Source: a virus
Length of the DNA: 64,000 nucleotides
Reading direction: 5' to 3' (one strand)
Virus record (IMG/VR): IMGVR_UViG_3300042876_000282
Coordinates: 1 to 64,000 of that record
Numbering within the stretch: position 1 is the stretch's first letter; the number at the start of each line of letters is the position of its first letter. The notes beneath the pieces are model-generated. The model had not been told where the DNA came from. It did not search any database and saw only the letters and a program-made list of their open reading frames with translations. The position numbers and the translations under genes are program-made. This document shows positions 10,138-18,999 of this stretch, piece after piece.

Positions 10138-10881
10138 ATGGAAGAGAACGGCATCGTATGCCCTTCGGGGCTTCGGATTCAGGTGCGCGGGTTGAAGCTC
10201 CGCGAGTTCAAGTTTCTGAGCGACCGCAAGGCGGTGGCATCGGGCGCAGCGTTCGACGAGGTGCTGACGTCGTGCGTCGACGTGATCGATCCCGGTCCGG
10301 CGTACGCGGCGGGATCGTTCAACTGGAAGACCACGGCGTTGCAGGGTGATCGCTTCTACGCGTTGATGCGCGTTCGGTGCGCGACACACGGCGACTCGTA
10401 CGAGTTCGACGCCAACTGCCCGGCGTGCCGCAAGCGCGTCGCGTGGACGGTCGAGCTTCCCGATCTTCGAGTGCAGCGCTATCCGAAGATCGCGATCGAG
10501 AAGCACGCGGCGCGCGAGCGGTTCTCGACGACGCTCGCGGGGAAGCGGATCGAGTTCACGCTGCTCACGGCGGAAGACGAGAAGCGAGTCGCGAAGCTAC
10601 TGAACGCGGACGACGAAGATCCGTTGATCGCGGGTCTCGCGTATCGGCTTCGCTCGGTCGAAGGTCTCGACCGAGACGAGGTCAAGCCGTGGCTCGAAAC
10701 GCTCGATCTCTCGGATGTCTTCGGGCTCCGCGACGAACTCGACGCGGTGAGCGGCGGCGTGCACACGTCGATCTCGATCGAGTGCAAGCGGTGCGGCGAG
10801 TTCGAGGTCGAGATCCCTTTCGGGGGACCGGGCTACTGGACTCCGAAGACCAAGCGCGCACGAGCGTCTTCGGAGAAGTAG
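10138..10881 (+). CDS. Tail assembly chaperone (gp26-like, zinc-binding)
   Basis: Between tube and tape measure; GDRFYALMRVR, CPAC, CKRCG motifs. Confidence 0.8.
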   Translation: MEENGIVCPSGLRIQVRGLKLREFKFLSDRKAVASGAAFDEVLTSCVDVIDPGPAYAAGSFNWKTTALQGDRFYALMRVRCATHGDSYEFDANCPACRKRVAWTVELPDLRVQRYPKIAIEKHAARERFSTTLAGKRIEFTLLTAEDEKRVAKLLNADDEDPLIAGLAYRLRSVEGLDRDEVKPWLETLDLSDVFGLRDELDAVSGGVHTSISIECKRCGEFEVEIPFGGPGYWTPKTKRARASSEK

Positions 10882-11069
10882 ATCCGGACTTCGTCTCGAA
10901 CACGCTCGCTCGTCTCTGCTACGTGGCGCACGGTGGTTCGGGATACACGTTCACGCGCGCCGACGTGCTCGACATGGACATCGACGAAGCTCGGTTCCTT
11001 GTCGAGAAGCTCGACGCGAATCGCAAGGCCGAAGCCGCCGCGATACGAAACGCAGGGCGGCAGCGGTAG
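10815..11069 (+). CDS. -1 frameshift extension of the tail chaperone (GT-like)
   Basis: In-frame slippery C CCT TTC at 10815-10821; -1 frame open to 11069. Confidence 0.7.
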   Translation, partial: PFRGTGLLDSEDQARTSVFGEVDPDFVSNTLARLCYVAHGGSGYTFTRADVLDMDIDEARFLVEKLDANRKAEAAAIRNAGRQR

Positions 11070-11132
11070 CGGGAGGCGAGCCCGAGCACGGTGCCCCTCG
11101 ACCTTCGCGGTCGGGGGGCGTAGTCTTTCGAC

Positions 11133-13805
11133 GTGGCGCTCAACTCTCTCGGTCTCGGATTCGTCTTCACGGCTCGCGACATGGCGAGCGGGCAGATCGG
11201 CAACCTCGCGCGCAACTTCTCGGGGCTCGATCAAGCCGCGTTGCGGGCGAACGCGAGCTACCAGCGGAACCTCGGCGCGCTCGGCGCGAGTGCTGCGATT
11301 CTCGGAACCGGCGTCGTGACTCTCGCGGGTGCGTATGCAGCGGCGACGCGTGCGGGTACGTTCGAGCAAGAGGTTCAGCGCATCGGTGCGATCGCGCAGT
11401 CGTCGAGCGACCAAGTCGACATGCTCCGCGAAGCTGCGATCGGCGTCGGACTCTCTACGAAGTTCACGCCGGATCAGGCGGTGCAAGGTTTCCAAGCTCT
11501 CGCGTCGTCGGGCTTCAACGCGTCGCAATCGCTGGACATGCTGAACTCGACGCTCGGGTTCGCGGCGGCTGGCAACGTCTCGATCGAGCAATCCGCGCAG
11601 TCGATCGCGGCGGCGGTGAACGTCTTCGGGCTCGCCGGCGATGCGGCGGAAATGGTCGGAGATCAGTTCGTGCGGATCTCGAACGCGACGAACTTGACCG
11701 GCGCGGACATGCAGATCGCGATGTCGAACGTCGGTCGCGGCGCGCAGCTTACGGGGCAGAGCATCGAAGAAATGCTCCCCGCGCTCGGTCTCATGGTCGA
11801 CGCCGGCAAGGACGCCAGCGTCGCGGGCACCGCGGTCTCGTCGGCGTTGCAGTTCATGTCGAACAATGCAGAGGGGATCAAGTCGTCTCTCGGAGTCGAC
11901 GTCGTCGAGACGCTCGCCGATGGCACGCAGCGGTTCCGTCCGTTCATGGAGATCGCATACGAGGCCGGCGAAGCGCTCGCGGGGATCCAGAATCCCGCGG
12001 AGCGCGCAGCGCTCGCGACCGAACTCTTCGGGCGCTTCGGCGTCTCCGCGGTCACCGACGTCTACGGTCGTCTCTCGGGTCGCGGTGTCTCGGATGCGAA
12101 CAATAACGTGCTCCACGGCGCGGAAGCGATGAACTTCCTTCGCACGCAGATGACGGGTGCAGCGGGTGCAGCGGAGGAGTTCTCGAACCGCGTGCTCGAC
12201 ACGTTCGCGGGTCAACAGCAGCAGCTAGCGGCGTCGACCGAGACTCTCGGGATCGTGGTCGGTGAAGCGTTCGCGCCGGTCTTCCGACCGTTGGTCGAGG
12301 GCATCCTCGGAGCGGTGCGGATGATCGCGGAAGGCATCCGTTCGATGCCGGCGGAGTTCCGCACGATGATCGGTCGGTTCGTCGTCGGGATCGGCGTCGT
12401 GCTCACGATCGCGGGCGCGTTCATGGCGATGGGAGCGGCGATCGCGATCGTCGGTCCGTTCATGGCGTCGGCGGCGTCGGCGGCGGCTGGGCTCTTCGTC
12501 GCGTTGCTCCCCTACGCGTTGCTCTTCGTCGGCATCGCCGGCGCGGCGTACATGCTGAAACGTGCGATCGACGAGAACGTCGGCGGCATCGGCGACACGT
12601 TCCGGCAGCTATGGTCGAACGTGTCGCTCGTGTTCCGCGCGATGGGGCAGATCATCGGGCAGGGCTATCTCTCGGGCGAAGTCGCGGAAGAGTTCGGCGC
12701 GGCCGGTGCCGGCGTGCAAGGGTTCATCGAAACCTTCCACGCGCTCTACGTGCGCGCGCAAGAGTTCGGCGCTGGGATCTCCGCCGGGATCGACGCCGCG
12801 GTCGCTGCGATGGGTCCGACGCTCGACGCCGCGGGTGCAGCATTCGATCGTCTCGCGGAGGCGATGGGCTTCGCCGGCGATGCGGTCGACACCGCGGCGA
12901 CGACACCGCTCGAACGATTCGCGACGGTGGGCGCGGCGGTGGGCGCGGTGATCGGCGACGTGCTGACATGGGTTCTCGACTTCGGTCGCGTGCTCATGGA
13001 CATCGGCAGCGGTGCGATCGCGGGCTTCTCGGAAGGCTGGGAAGCGAGCGGCGTGTCGCTCGACGCGGTCGGCGACGCTCTCTCTTCGGTGTGGGACAAG
13101 ATCGTGCTGCTGGGAGAGTCGCTCGGGATCGTGAATAACGGAACGAGTGAGAGCGCGAGCGGGTGGTCGACGTTCGGAGAGATCGTCGGGAACGTGCTCG
13201 GCTTCGTCGGCGGCGGGATCGTCGACTTGGCGGAGACCGCGATCGTGATCTTCGGAGTGATCGTCGACGTCGTGCGCTTCGTGATCAATATCTTCGTGAC
13301 GTTGTGGGAGACCGTGAAGTTCGTGGGGCAGCTAATCGCCGCTATTTTCTTCGGGATTCGTGACGCGTTCATGCTCGTCGTCGACGGCTTGATCGCTGGG
13401 CTCGGCCGCATGGCGATGGCGCTCCCCGAGTCGATCCGGCCCGAGTGGATGAACGGCTTGATTCGCGAAGGCGGTGCCGCGACCGCGCGAATCGAGACGC
13501 GTGCGAACGAAGCCGACAACCGACTCGGCGAACTCGGCTCGTCGCTCTCGCGAAGTGGTGAAGAGACGTACGGTCCGACGCAAGAGCAGGAACGGAACCG
13601 CGCGCGTGAGGCGGAGCTTCAAGCCGAAGCGACCGCGCGCGCGTTGCAGGGGACCGGAGCGCGTCGCGATGCCGCACGGCAACAGACGACGGTGATCCAA
13701 GTCGACGGTCGCGAGATCGCGCGCGCGGTCTCGGAGAGCGGTGCGATCATGTCCGAAGAGTCGTTCACGCCAGCGGCGAACATGTCGATGGCTCCGGGGG
13801 TGTGA
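11133..13805 (+). CDS. Tape measure protein (TP901-type core)
   Basis: 890 aa, Ala/Gly-rich helical; TKFTPDQAVQGFQALASSG; synteny. Confidence 0.93.
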   Translation: MALNSLGLGFVFTARDMASGQIGNLARNFSGLDQAALRANASYQRNLGALGASAAILGTGVVTLAGAYAAATRAGTFEQEVQRIGAIAQSSSDQVDMLREAAIGVGLSTKFTPDQAVQGFQALASSGFNASQSLDMLNSTLGFAAAGNVSIEQSAQSIAAAVNVFGLAGDAAEMVGDQFVRISNATNLTGADMQIAMSNVGRGAQLTGQSIEEMLPALGLMVDAGKDASVAGTAVSSALQFMSNNAEGIKSSLGVDVVETLADGTQRFRPFMEIAYEAGEALAGIQNPAERAALATELFGRFGVSAVTDVYGRLSGRGVSDANNNVLHGAEAMNFLRTQMTGAAGAAEEFSNRVLDTFAGQQQQLAASTETLGIVVGEAFAPVFRPLVEGILGAVRMIAEGIRSMPAEFRTMIGRFVVGIGVVLTIAGAFMAMGAAIAIVGPFMASAASAAAGLFVALLPYALLFVGIAGAAYMLKRAIDENVGGIGDTFRQLWSNVSLVFRAMGQIIGQGYLSGEVAEEFGAAGAGVQGFIETFHALYVRAQEFGAGISAGIDAAVAAMGPTLDAAGAAFDRLAEAMGFAGDAVDTAATTPLERFATVGAAVGAVIGDVLTWVLDFGRVLMDIGSGAIAGFSEGWEASGVSLDAVGDALSSVWDKIVLLGESLGIVNNGTSESASGWSTFGEIVGNVLGFVGGGIVDLAETAIVIFGVIVDVVRFVINIFVTLWETVKFVGQLIAAIFFGIRDAFMLVVDGLIAGLGRMAMALPESIRPEWMNGLIREGGAATARIETRANEADNRLGELGSSLSRSGEETYGPTQEQERNRAREAELQAEATARALQGTGARRDAARQQTTVIQVDGREIARAVSESGAIMSEESFTPAANMSMAPGV

Positions 13806-13806
13806 C

Positions 13807-14346
13807 GTGTCGAAGCTCCAAGCGATTCCGCTCCGCAAGGTCTCGCTCGCGAATCTGCGAACGGGAGAGACGCTCGAAGCGCAGTACAACCCGACCGACT
13901 TCGAGGAAAAGATCTCGGTCAACTGGCAACGGCTCACGGTGCCGGGGATGTCGCACAAGGTTCTGCAATACCAGGGGACCGAGAACCACGGGTTCGCGTT
14001 CGACTTCTACTCGCGCGGGTTCACGAACACGGAAGCGATGGCGATCCGCGACTGGCGGAACTTCCTCGCGTCTCTCTGCTACCCATCGGAAGGTGCGTCG
14101 TCGATTCGCGAAGGCGCTCCCCCGCGAGTGCTCGTCGTGTGGCCGACGTTGCTCTCGATGACGTGCGTCGTCGGCTCGGTCGTGTTCCGGAATCAGTCGT
14201 TCGGAACCGATCTTCGACTCACGCGCATGGTCGCGACCGTCGACTTCGAGGAAATCCGCGACGCTCGGATCACTTCGGAAGAGGTTCGGCTCCGCGGGTC
14301 GCGACGCGCATCGGCGAGCGGCGACGGCGGCGAGACGTCGACGTAG
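13807..14346 (+). CDS. Tail tube initiator (CIS-tube-like)
   Basis: AQYNPTDF...VPG....LQY...PPRVLVVWP motifs; follows tape measure. Confidence 0.75.
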   Translation: MSKLQAIPLRKVSLANLRTGETLEAQYNPTDFEEKISVNWQRLTVPGMSHKVLQYQGTENHGFAFDFYSRGFTNTEAMAIRDWRNFLASLCYPSEGASSIREGAPPRVLVVWPTLLSMTCVVGSVVFRNQSFGTDLRLTRMVATVDFEEIRDARITSEEVRLRGSRRASASGDGGETST

Positions 14347-14355
14347 CTCCCGAGC

Positions 14356-14374
14356 GTGTCTCCGACGAAGACAC
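14356..14374. repeat. 19-bp palindrome, copy 1
   Basis: GTGTCTCCGACGAAGACAC, intergenic. Confidence 0.9.
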
Positions 14375-14421
14375 GCGACGCCGGCTAGGCGCGAGCACGC
14401 GCGCGGGCTAAGATCCCGACC

Positions 14422-14763
14422 ATGCCCCCGCGCCGGTTCTCCCGATACACGTTCTCGACCGCGGTCGCCGATGACGCCGGCGACCTCGTGCTCCACGGCG
14501 GCGACCCGTTCCGGTACCGCAAGTTCGCCGACAACGTCGAGCACGTCGTTCGCGAGGGCGATACGTTGTGGACGCTCGCGGCTCGCTACTTCCGCGGCAT
14601 CGATCGCCCCGCGGGCTTGTGGTGGGTCATCGCGGACTTCCAGCCCGAACCGATCCACGATCCGACGCTCGCGCTCGACGTCGGATCAGTGGTCGTGATC
14701 CCGTCGCTTCGTACAGTGCTCGAAGAGGTGTTCTCGGAGAAGCGTCGAGCGGTGTCGGGATGA
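14422..14763 (+). CDS. LysM-domain baseplate protein
   Basis: HVVREGDTLWTLAARYF...WWVIADF. Confidence 0.85.
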   Translation: MPPRRFSRYTFSTAVADDAGDLVLHGGDPFRYRKFADNVEHVVREGDTLWTLAARYFRGIDRPAGLWWVIADFQPEPIHDPTLALDVGSVVVIPSLRTVLEEVFSEKRRAVSG

Positions 14764-16118
14764 CGACCGCCGATCGTTCGTCTCCGATCTTCTACGTCGC
14801 GGTCGTACCGGATGGCGACGGCGGTGAAGTCGTACGCGTCGATAACTTCGCGGACCGCGTGCTCTCGTTCAAGTATGAAGACGAAGAGCAGAAGGCCGAT
14901 CGCGTCACGCTCACGCTCGACAACTTCGATCTCGCGCTCTACGACGATCCCGCGTTCAAGCACGGTATGCTTCTCGACGTGTCGTGGGGGTATCCCGGTC
15001 GCATGGCGCCGACGCGCCGATGCGTGGTGCAGTCGATCAAGGGTGGTAAGTCGGTCACGGTGACGGCGGTCGCGCAATCGATCTTGATGAACAAGACGAT
15101 CCGCGCGCGCACGTTCTCGAACTCGCGGTACTCCGACGTCGCGCGCACGCTCGCACGAGAAGCCGGGTTCGGTGACGACGCGATCGACGTCGAAGAGACG
15201 CCGGTCGTGCACGAGACGATCACGCAGGCTCGGCTCTCCGATGCCCAACTACTGCGACGGCTCGCGGACAAGGAAGGGTTCGAATACTACGTCGACCACG
15301 AGGGATTCCATTTCCACCGTCGACGAGTCGACCAAGCTCCGACGCGGACGTTCGTCTACTACATCGATCGCGAAGGCGGCGACGTTCTCGACTTCTCTCT
15401 CGACGACGACATAACGAAGCCGAAGGCGCGGCACCGTCGACGCGGGCGCGACCTCACGGAGCGAACCGAGATCGACGAAGAGGCATCGAACGAGACCGAC
15501 ACGAACCGCGCGACGCTCGCGCCGATCGCGGCGCTCCCGTCTCCGCGGACGCCGGCGGCTTCGCCGACCGCGTCTTCGCCGGAGGTCTTCGTGACGTTCG
15601 ATCGAGACACGTCCGCGCCGTCTCTCTCGGGTCGAGCGAGTGCCGACGAACGTGTGGCGTCGGAAGAGACCGCGCCGACCTCCGCGCAGGATGCGACGAC
15701 GGCGAATCGCGAAGCCGTGGGGCAGAACCGACGCACGCGGCAGGCGGCGATCAAGCTCAAGCTCGACGTCGTCGGAGATCCGTACGTGCTCGCGAAGACC
15801 GTGATCGCGGTCGAGGGGCTCGGCTCGCGTCTCTCGGGGCGCTACTACGTCAAGCGCGTAGTCTCGACGCTCGGGAACGATGGAACATACAAGGTCGCGC
15901 TCGAAGTGATCTCCGACGGTCACGGTGGGCACGCTCGACGTTCGCGCGTTGCGAGCGACCTCGAACTTCCCGCGCGCGAGGAAGCGAACACGGGCGCGCA
16001 GAACACCGCGCCGCCGGCCGATCCCGACGCGCTCGAACCCGTGGTCGTGTTCGACCGCGACACGTCCGCGCCGGTGACGACGTTTCGCCCGCGCACGCAA
16101 CGCAGGGGGGGAACGTGA
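14760..16118 (+). CDS. Baseplate hub (late control D/GPD family)
   Basis: LTLDN, TQARLSDAQLLRRLA..EGF, GRYYVKRV motifs; ATGA overlap. Confidence 0.85.
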   Translation: MTTADRSSPIFYVAVVPDGDGGEVVRVDNFADRVLSFKYEDEEQKADRVTLTLDNFDLALYDDPAFKHGMLLDVSWGYPGRMAPTRRCVVQSIKGGKSVTVTAVAQSILMNKTIRARTFSNSRYSDVARTLAREAGFGDDAIDVEETPVVHETITQARLSDAQLLRRLADKEGFEYYVDHEGFHFHRRRVDQAPTRTFVYYIDREGGDVLDFSLDDDITKPKARHRRRGRDLTERTEIDEEASNETDTNRATLAPIAALPSPRTPAASPTASSPEVFVTFDRDTSAPSLSGRASADERVASEETAPTSAQDATTANREAVGQNRRTRQAAIKLKLDVVGDPYVLAKTVIAVEGLGSRLSGRYYVKRVVSTLGNDGTYKVALEVISDGHGGHARRSRVASDLELPAREEANTGAQNTAPPADPDALEPVVVFDRDTSAPVTTFRPRTQRRGGT

Positions 16119-16687
16119 GCGAAGAGCTACCTACGGCGCGCCGTACGCTCTACACGGGGATCGTCACGCGCAACGATGACCCCTTGAAGATCGGTCGCGT
16201 GAAGGTTCGGATCGCGGGCTTGATCGAACCCGAGTCGGGATGGTGCTTCCCGCTGGCATCCGCCGGCGGCGGCGAAGACGGGCTCGGGTTCTACGCGGTG
16301 CCGAAGAGCGGTGCAGAGGTCGGCGTGTGGTTCCTTCAAGGGGACACCGATGTCCCGTTCTACGTGCCGGCTCAATGGGGCGCGCCCGGCGGCGCATCGC
16401 AGGCGCCGACGCCGGTTCGTGACGCGACGCCGGCGGAAGCTCCCGAGATCCGGTGCTTCGAGACTCCGCGGTTCTTGCTCGTCTTCGACGATCGACCGGG
16501 GCGTGAGTCGTTCGAGATTCGCGACAAGCTCTCGGGTGACGGTGTCGCGTACGACGGTGTCCAGCGTGCGCTCCGCGTGAAGGCGACATCGGCGGTCGTC
16601 ATCGAAGCAACGGGCGCGGTGTCGATCGACGGGCTCGCGGTGACGATCGCGGGGCGCCCGGTGATTCCTGGCGCGGGTCCGATCTGA
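16115..16687 (+). CDS. Baseplate spike (gpV/gp5 OB fold)
   Basis: NDDPLKIGRVKV...W...VPKSGAEVGVWFLQGD. Confidence 0.88.
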   Translation: MSEELPTARRTLYTGIVTRNDDPLKIGRVKVRIAGLIEPESGWCFPLASAGGGEDGLGFYAVPKSGAEVGVWFLQGDTDVPFYVPAQWGAPGGASQAPTPVRDATPAEAPEIRCFETPRFLLVFDDRPGRESFEIRDKLSGDGVAYDGVQRALRVKATSAVVIEATGAVSIDGLAVTIAGRPVIPGAGPI

Positions 16688-16699
16688 GGGGGTGCGACG

Positions 16700-17413
16700 A
16701 TGGCGGTAACGATCGATCTCTCCGGTGTCGTGGGCGCGGTCCCGACCGTATGCACGCAGCTACGCGTGACTCTCCCCGGTGGTCTCGCGGTGCAGGGTTC
16801 CGCGCCGTACCTCGGTGCATCACCGCTCGAAGCGTCACGCGCGACGATCTCCGCGGTGACGTCGGCTCTTGCCCCGCTCGGTCCGGTGTTCGCGATCCTC
16901 GACGCGCTTCTCGCGGTCGTGAAGTTCGCGCAGACGGTGCCGAAGGTGGTCACGCGGCCGGACAAGGTCGTCGCGGCGGTGCTCGACGTGGTGAAGAAAT
17001 CCGGTGCGCTCGCGTCGCTCGTGCCGCAACTTTCGGTGCCGTTGATGATCCTCGGTGTGATCGACGTCGTGATCGCTCACCTTGCCGGATTGCGTGACGA
17101 GGTCACGGCGTTGTCGGCGCTGGCGACGAGAGCGGACGAGGTCGCGGCGTTGGCGGAAACGGTTCCGTCGCTCGGGCCGATCTCGGTCGAGGTGCAGTCG
17201 CAGATCACGTCACGCCGCGCGCAGATCGAGTGTGGCATGGGCGACGTGCAGCCGTTGCTCGGGACGATCTCCGCGCTCGCGGAGCTTATCGGGCTTCCGC
17301 CGATCACGGTCTCCGGCGACGCGACCACGGGCACGCTCGACGACCTCGCGACGATGCTCGACGACCTCGTCGAAGCGCTCACGAACCTTCGCGCCACGAT
17401 CCCGGTGCCTTGA
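16700..17413 (+). CDS. Hydrophobic helical protein following the spike
   Basis: GAGGGGG RBS; Leu/Ala/Val-rich. Confidence 0.65.
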   Translation: MAVTIDLSGVVGAVPTVCTQLRVTLPGGLAVQGSAPYLGASPLEASRATISAVTSALAPLGPVFAILDALLAVVKFAQTVPKVVTRPDKVVAAVLDVVKKSGALASLVPQLSVPLMILGVIDVVIAHLAGLRDEVTALSALATRADEVAALAETVPSLGPISVEVQSQITSRRAQIECGMGDVQPLLGTISALAELIGLPPITVSGDATTGTLDDLATMLDDLVEALTNLRATIPVP

Positions 17414-17439
17414 TCGCGACGCGGTGGTAGGATCGCACC

Positions 17440-18468
17440 ATGCCCGGCCCTACGATCTCGATCTCTCCCGCTCCCGGCGCGGTGTCGCGCAGCCAAACGA
17501 TCACGGTCGAGATCACCGATCCGGGTGCCGTGCTCTTCGAACTCATTCGGTGCGCGGTTCCGGCGGTTCAGAACGAATACGCGGTCGCGTTTCAATCCGG
17601 CGCGGCGCCGGCGTTGCAGGTCGGGTCGAACTTCGCGGTCACGACCACGGCGATCGCGAACGGCTATCGCTACGAGATCACGCACGCGGCCGGCGGATGG
17701 CTCGGGGACTTCACGATCAAGGCGGATGCACGAAACGGCACGGACGCGTCGACGTCGACCGTCGCGTACACCGCCGCGGATCCGTACGTTCCGCTCGCAT
17801 TGGTTCCGTTCGCGAATCCGCCGGTCGGAACGATCGCGCCGGATGCGACGATCGAGATCGACATCGAATCGGATAGCTCGTTCTCGTCGCTCTATATTTT
17901 CGCGGTGTACGCGGACGAGTTCGCGCAGCCGGTGAGTGCCGATCTCGCCGTGATCACGGTCTTCGGCGTCGTGCCGTTGCCCCCCTACACGGCGATCCAA
18001 TCGAACCCTACGCCGGAAATTACTCGGATCGTACTCGGCAACTCGAACGGATGGCCGGCGGGTCTCTTTCAGATCTACGTCGCGGCGAGCGTGGACGGCA
18101 ACTCGCAGTTCATCCTACCGGACGCGATCCTCGACGGCGGCGCGTACACCTCGACGGCGCAACCTCCGGGCGTTTCGATCGTCTCTCCGCCGGTGGGCGA
18201 GGCGATCACGGCGTCGACGCCGATCGTCTTCGACGTCGTCGACGACTCGGGCGCGTTCAGGCGAGTGATCGTCGCGGTCTACAACCCGACCACGGGGTTG
18301 ACGGTGATCGTTCACGATGGCGACTCGTTCCTGGGCGGGTTCGCGCTGGCGTCGACGCGGACGATGATCGCGGGCGGATTCCGGTTCGCGGTGGTTCCCG
18401 ACTCGGGATGGACGGCGAGCCCGACGTTGCGAGTCTTCGCGATCGATCGAAGCGGGGAAGAGGTCTGA
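17440..18468 (+). CDS. Hypothetical structural protein with three related Ig-like modules
   Basis: Recurring SP.PG..I..I and 'G.W' patterns. Confidence 0.6.
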   Translation: MPGPTISISPAPGAVSRSQTITVEITDPGAVLFELIRCAVPAVQNEYAVAFQSGAAPALQVGSNFAVTTTAIANGYRYEITHAAGGWLGDFTIKADARNGTDASTSTVAYTAADPYVPLALVPFANPPVGTIAPDATIEIDIESDSSFSSLYIFAVYADEFAQPVSADLAVITVFGVVPLPPYTAIQSNPTPEITRIVLGNSNGWPAGLFQIYVAASVDGNSQFILPDAILDGGAYTSTAQPPGVSIVSPPVGEAITASTPIVFDVVDDSGAFRRVIVAVYNPTTGLTVIVHDGDSFLGGFALASTRTMIAGGFRFAVVPDSGWTASPTLRVFAIDRSGEEV

Positions 18469-18471
18469 ACC

Positions 18472-18987
18472 ATGCCGGCGACGTATTCGTGGCCGCTCTC
18501 GAATCCGCCGGCTTCCGTGGTCGGCGGCGGTGACGTGCCGGCGGCGGTGGCCGGTGTCGACGCGTCGTCGTCGTACGTCACGATCCGCGGCTTGCTTCGT
18601 CCGTTCGTTCGTGACGGTGTCTCCGACTTCGCGAGCGGTACGGGTTCGCGGCTGATCGCGTCGAAGGTCGGGCAGATCGTCGGGACTCGGTGCTCGTCGG
18701 AGACGTTCGAGGGTGAGCTTCCATGGCGACCCGAGTTCGGTTCGCTCGTGCACCTCGTTCGGCATAGCAACGACACCGCGATCACGCGCGAGCTTTCGCG
18801 CGTGTACGCCGAAGACGCGCTTCGTCGGTGGTTCCCGTCGATCCGCGTGCGCGAGGTCGACGTCTTCGGATCGGACGAGACGGGGATCGATGGCTCGTGC
18901 GTGATCCGGATCCACTACGAGCTTCGATCGCGCGCCGGGGTTGTGACGAGCGGGACCGCGGACATCGCGCAGCCGGTCCGGTCGTAG
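18472..18987 (+). CDS. Baseplate wedge/sheath initiator (gp25/GPW)
   Basis: GELPWRPEFGS...ALRRWFPSIRV. Confidence 0.85.
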   Translation: MPATYSWPLSNPPASVVGGGDVPAAVAGVDASSSYVTIRGLLRPFVRDGVSDFASGTGSRLIASKVGQIVGTRCSSETFEGELPWRPEFGSLVHLVRHSNDTAITRELSRVYAEDALRRWFPSIRVREVDVFGSDETGIDGSCVIRIHYELRSRAGVVTSGTADIAQPVRS

Positions 18988-18999
18988 TAGGATCGCGCC

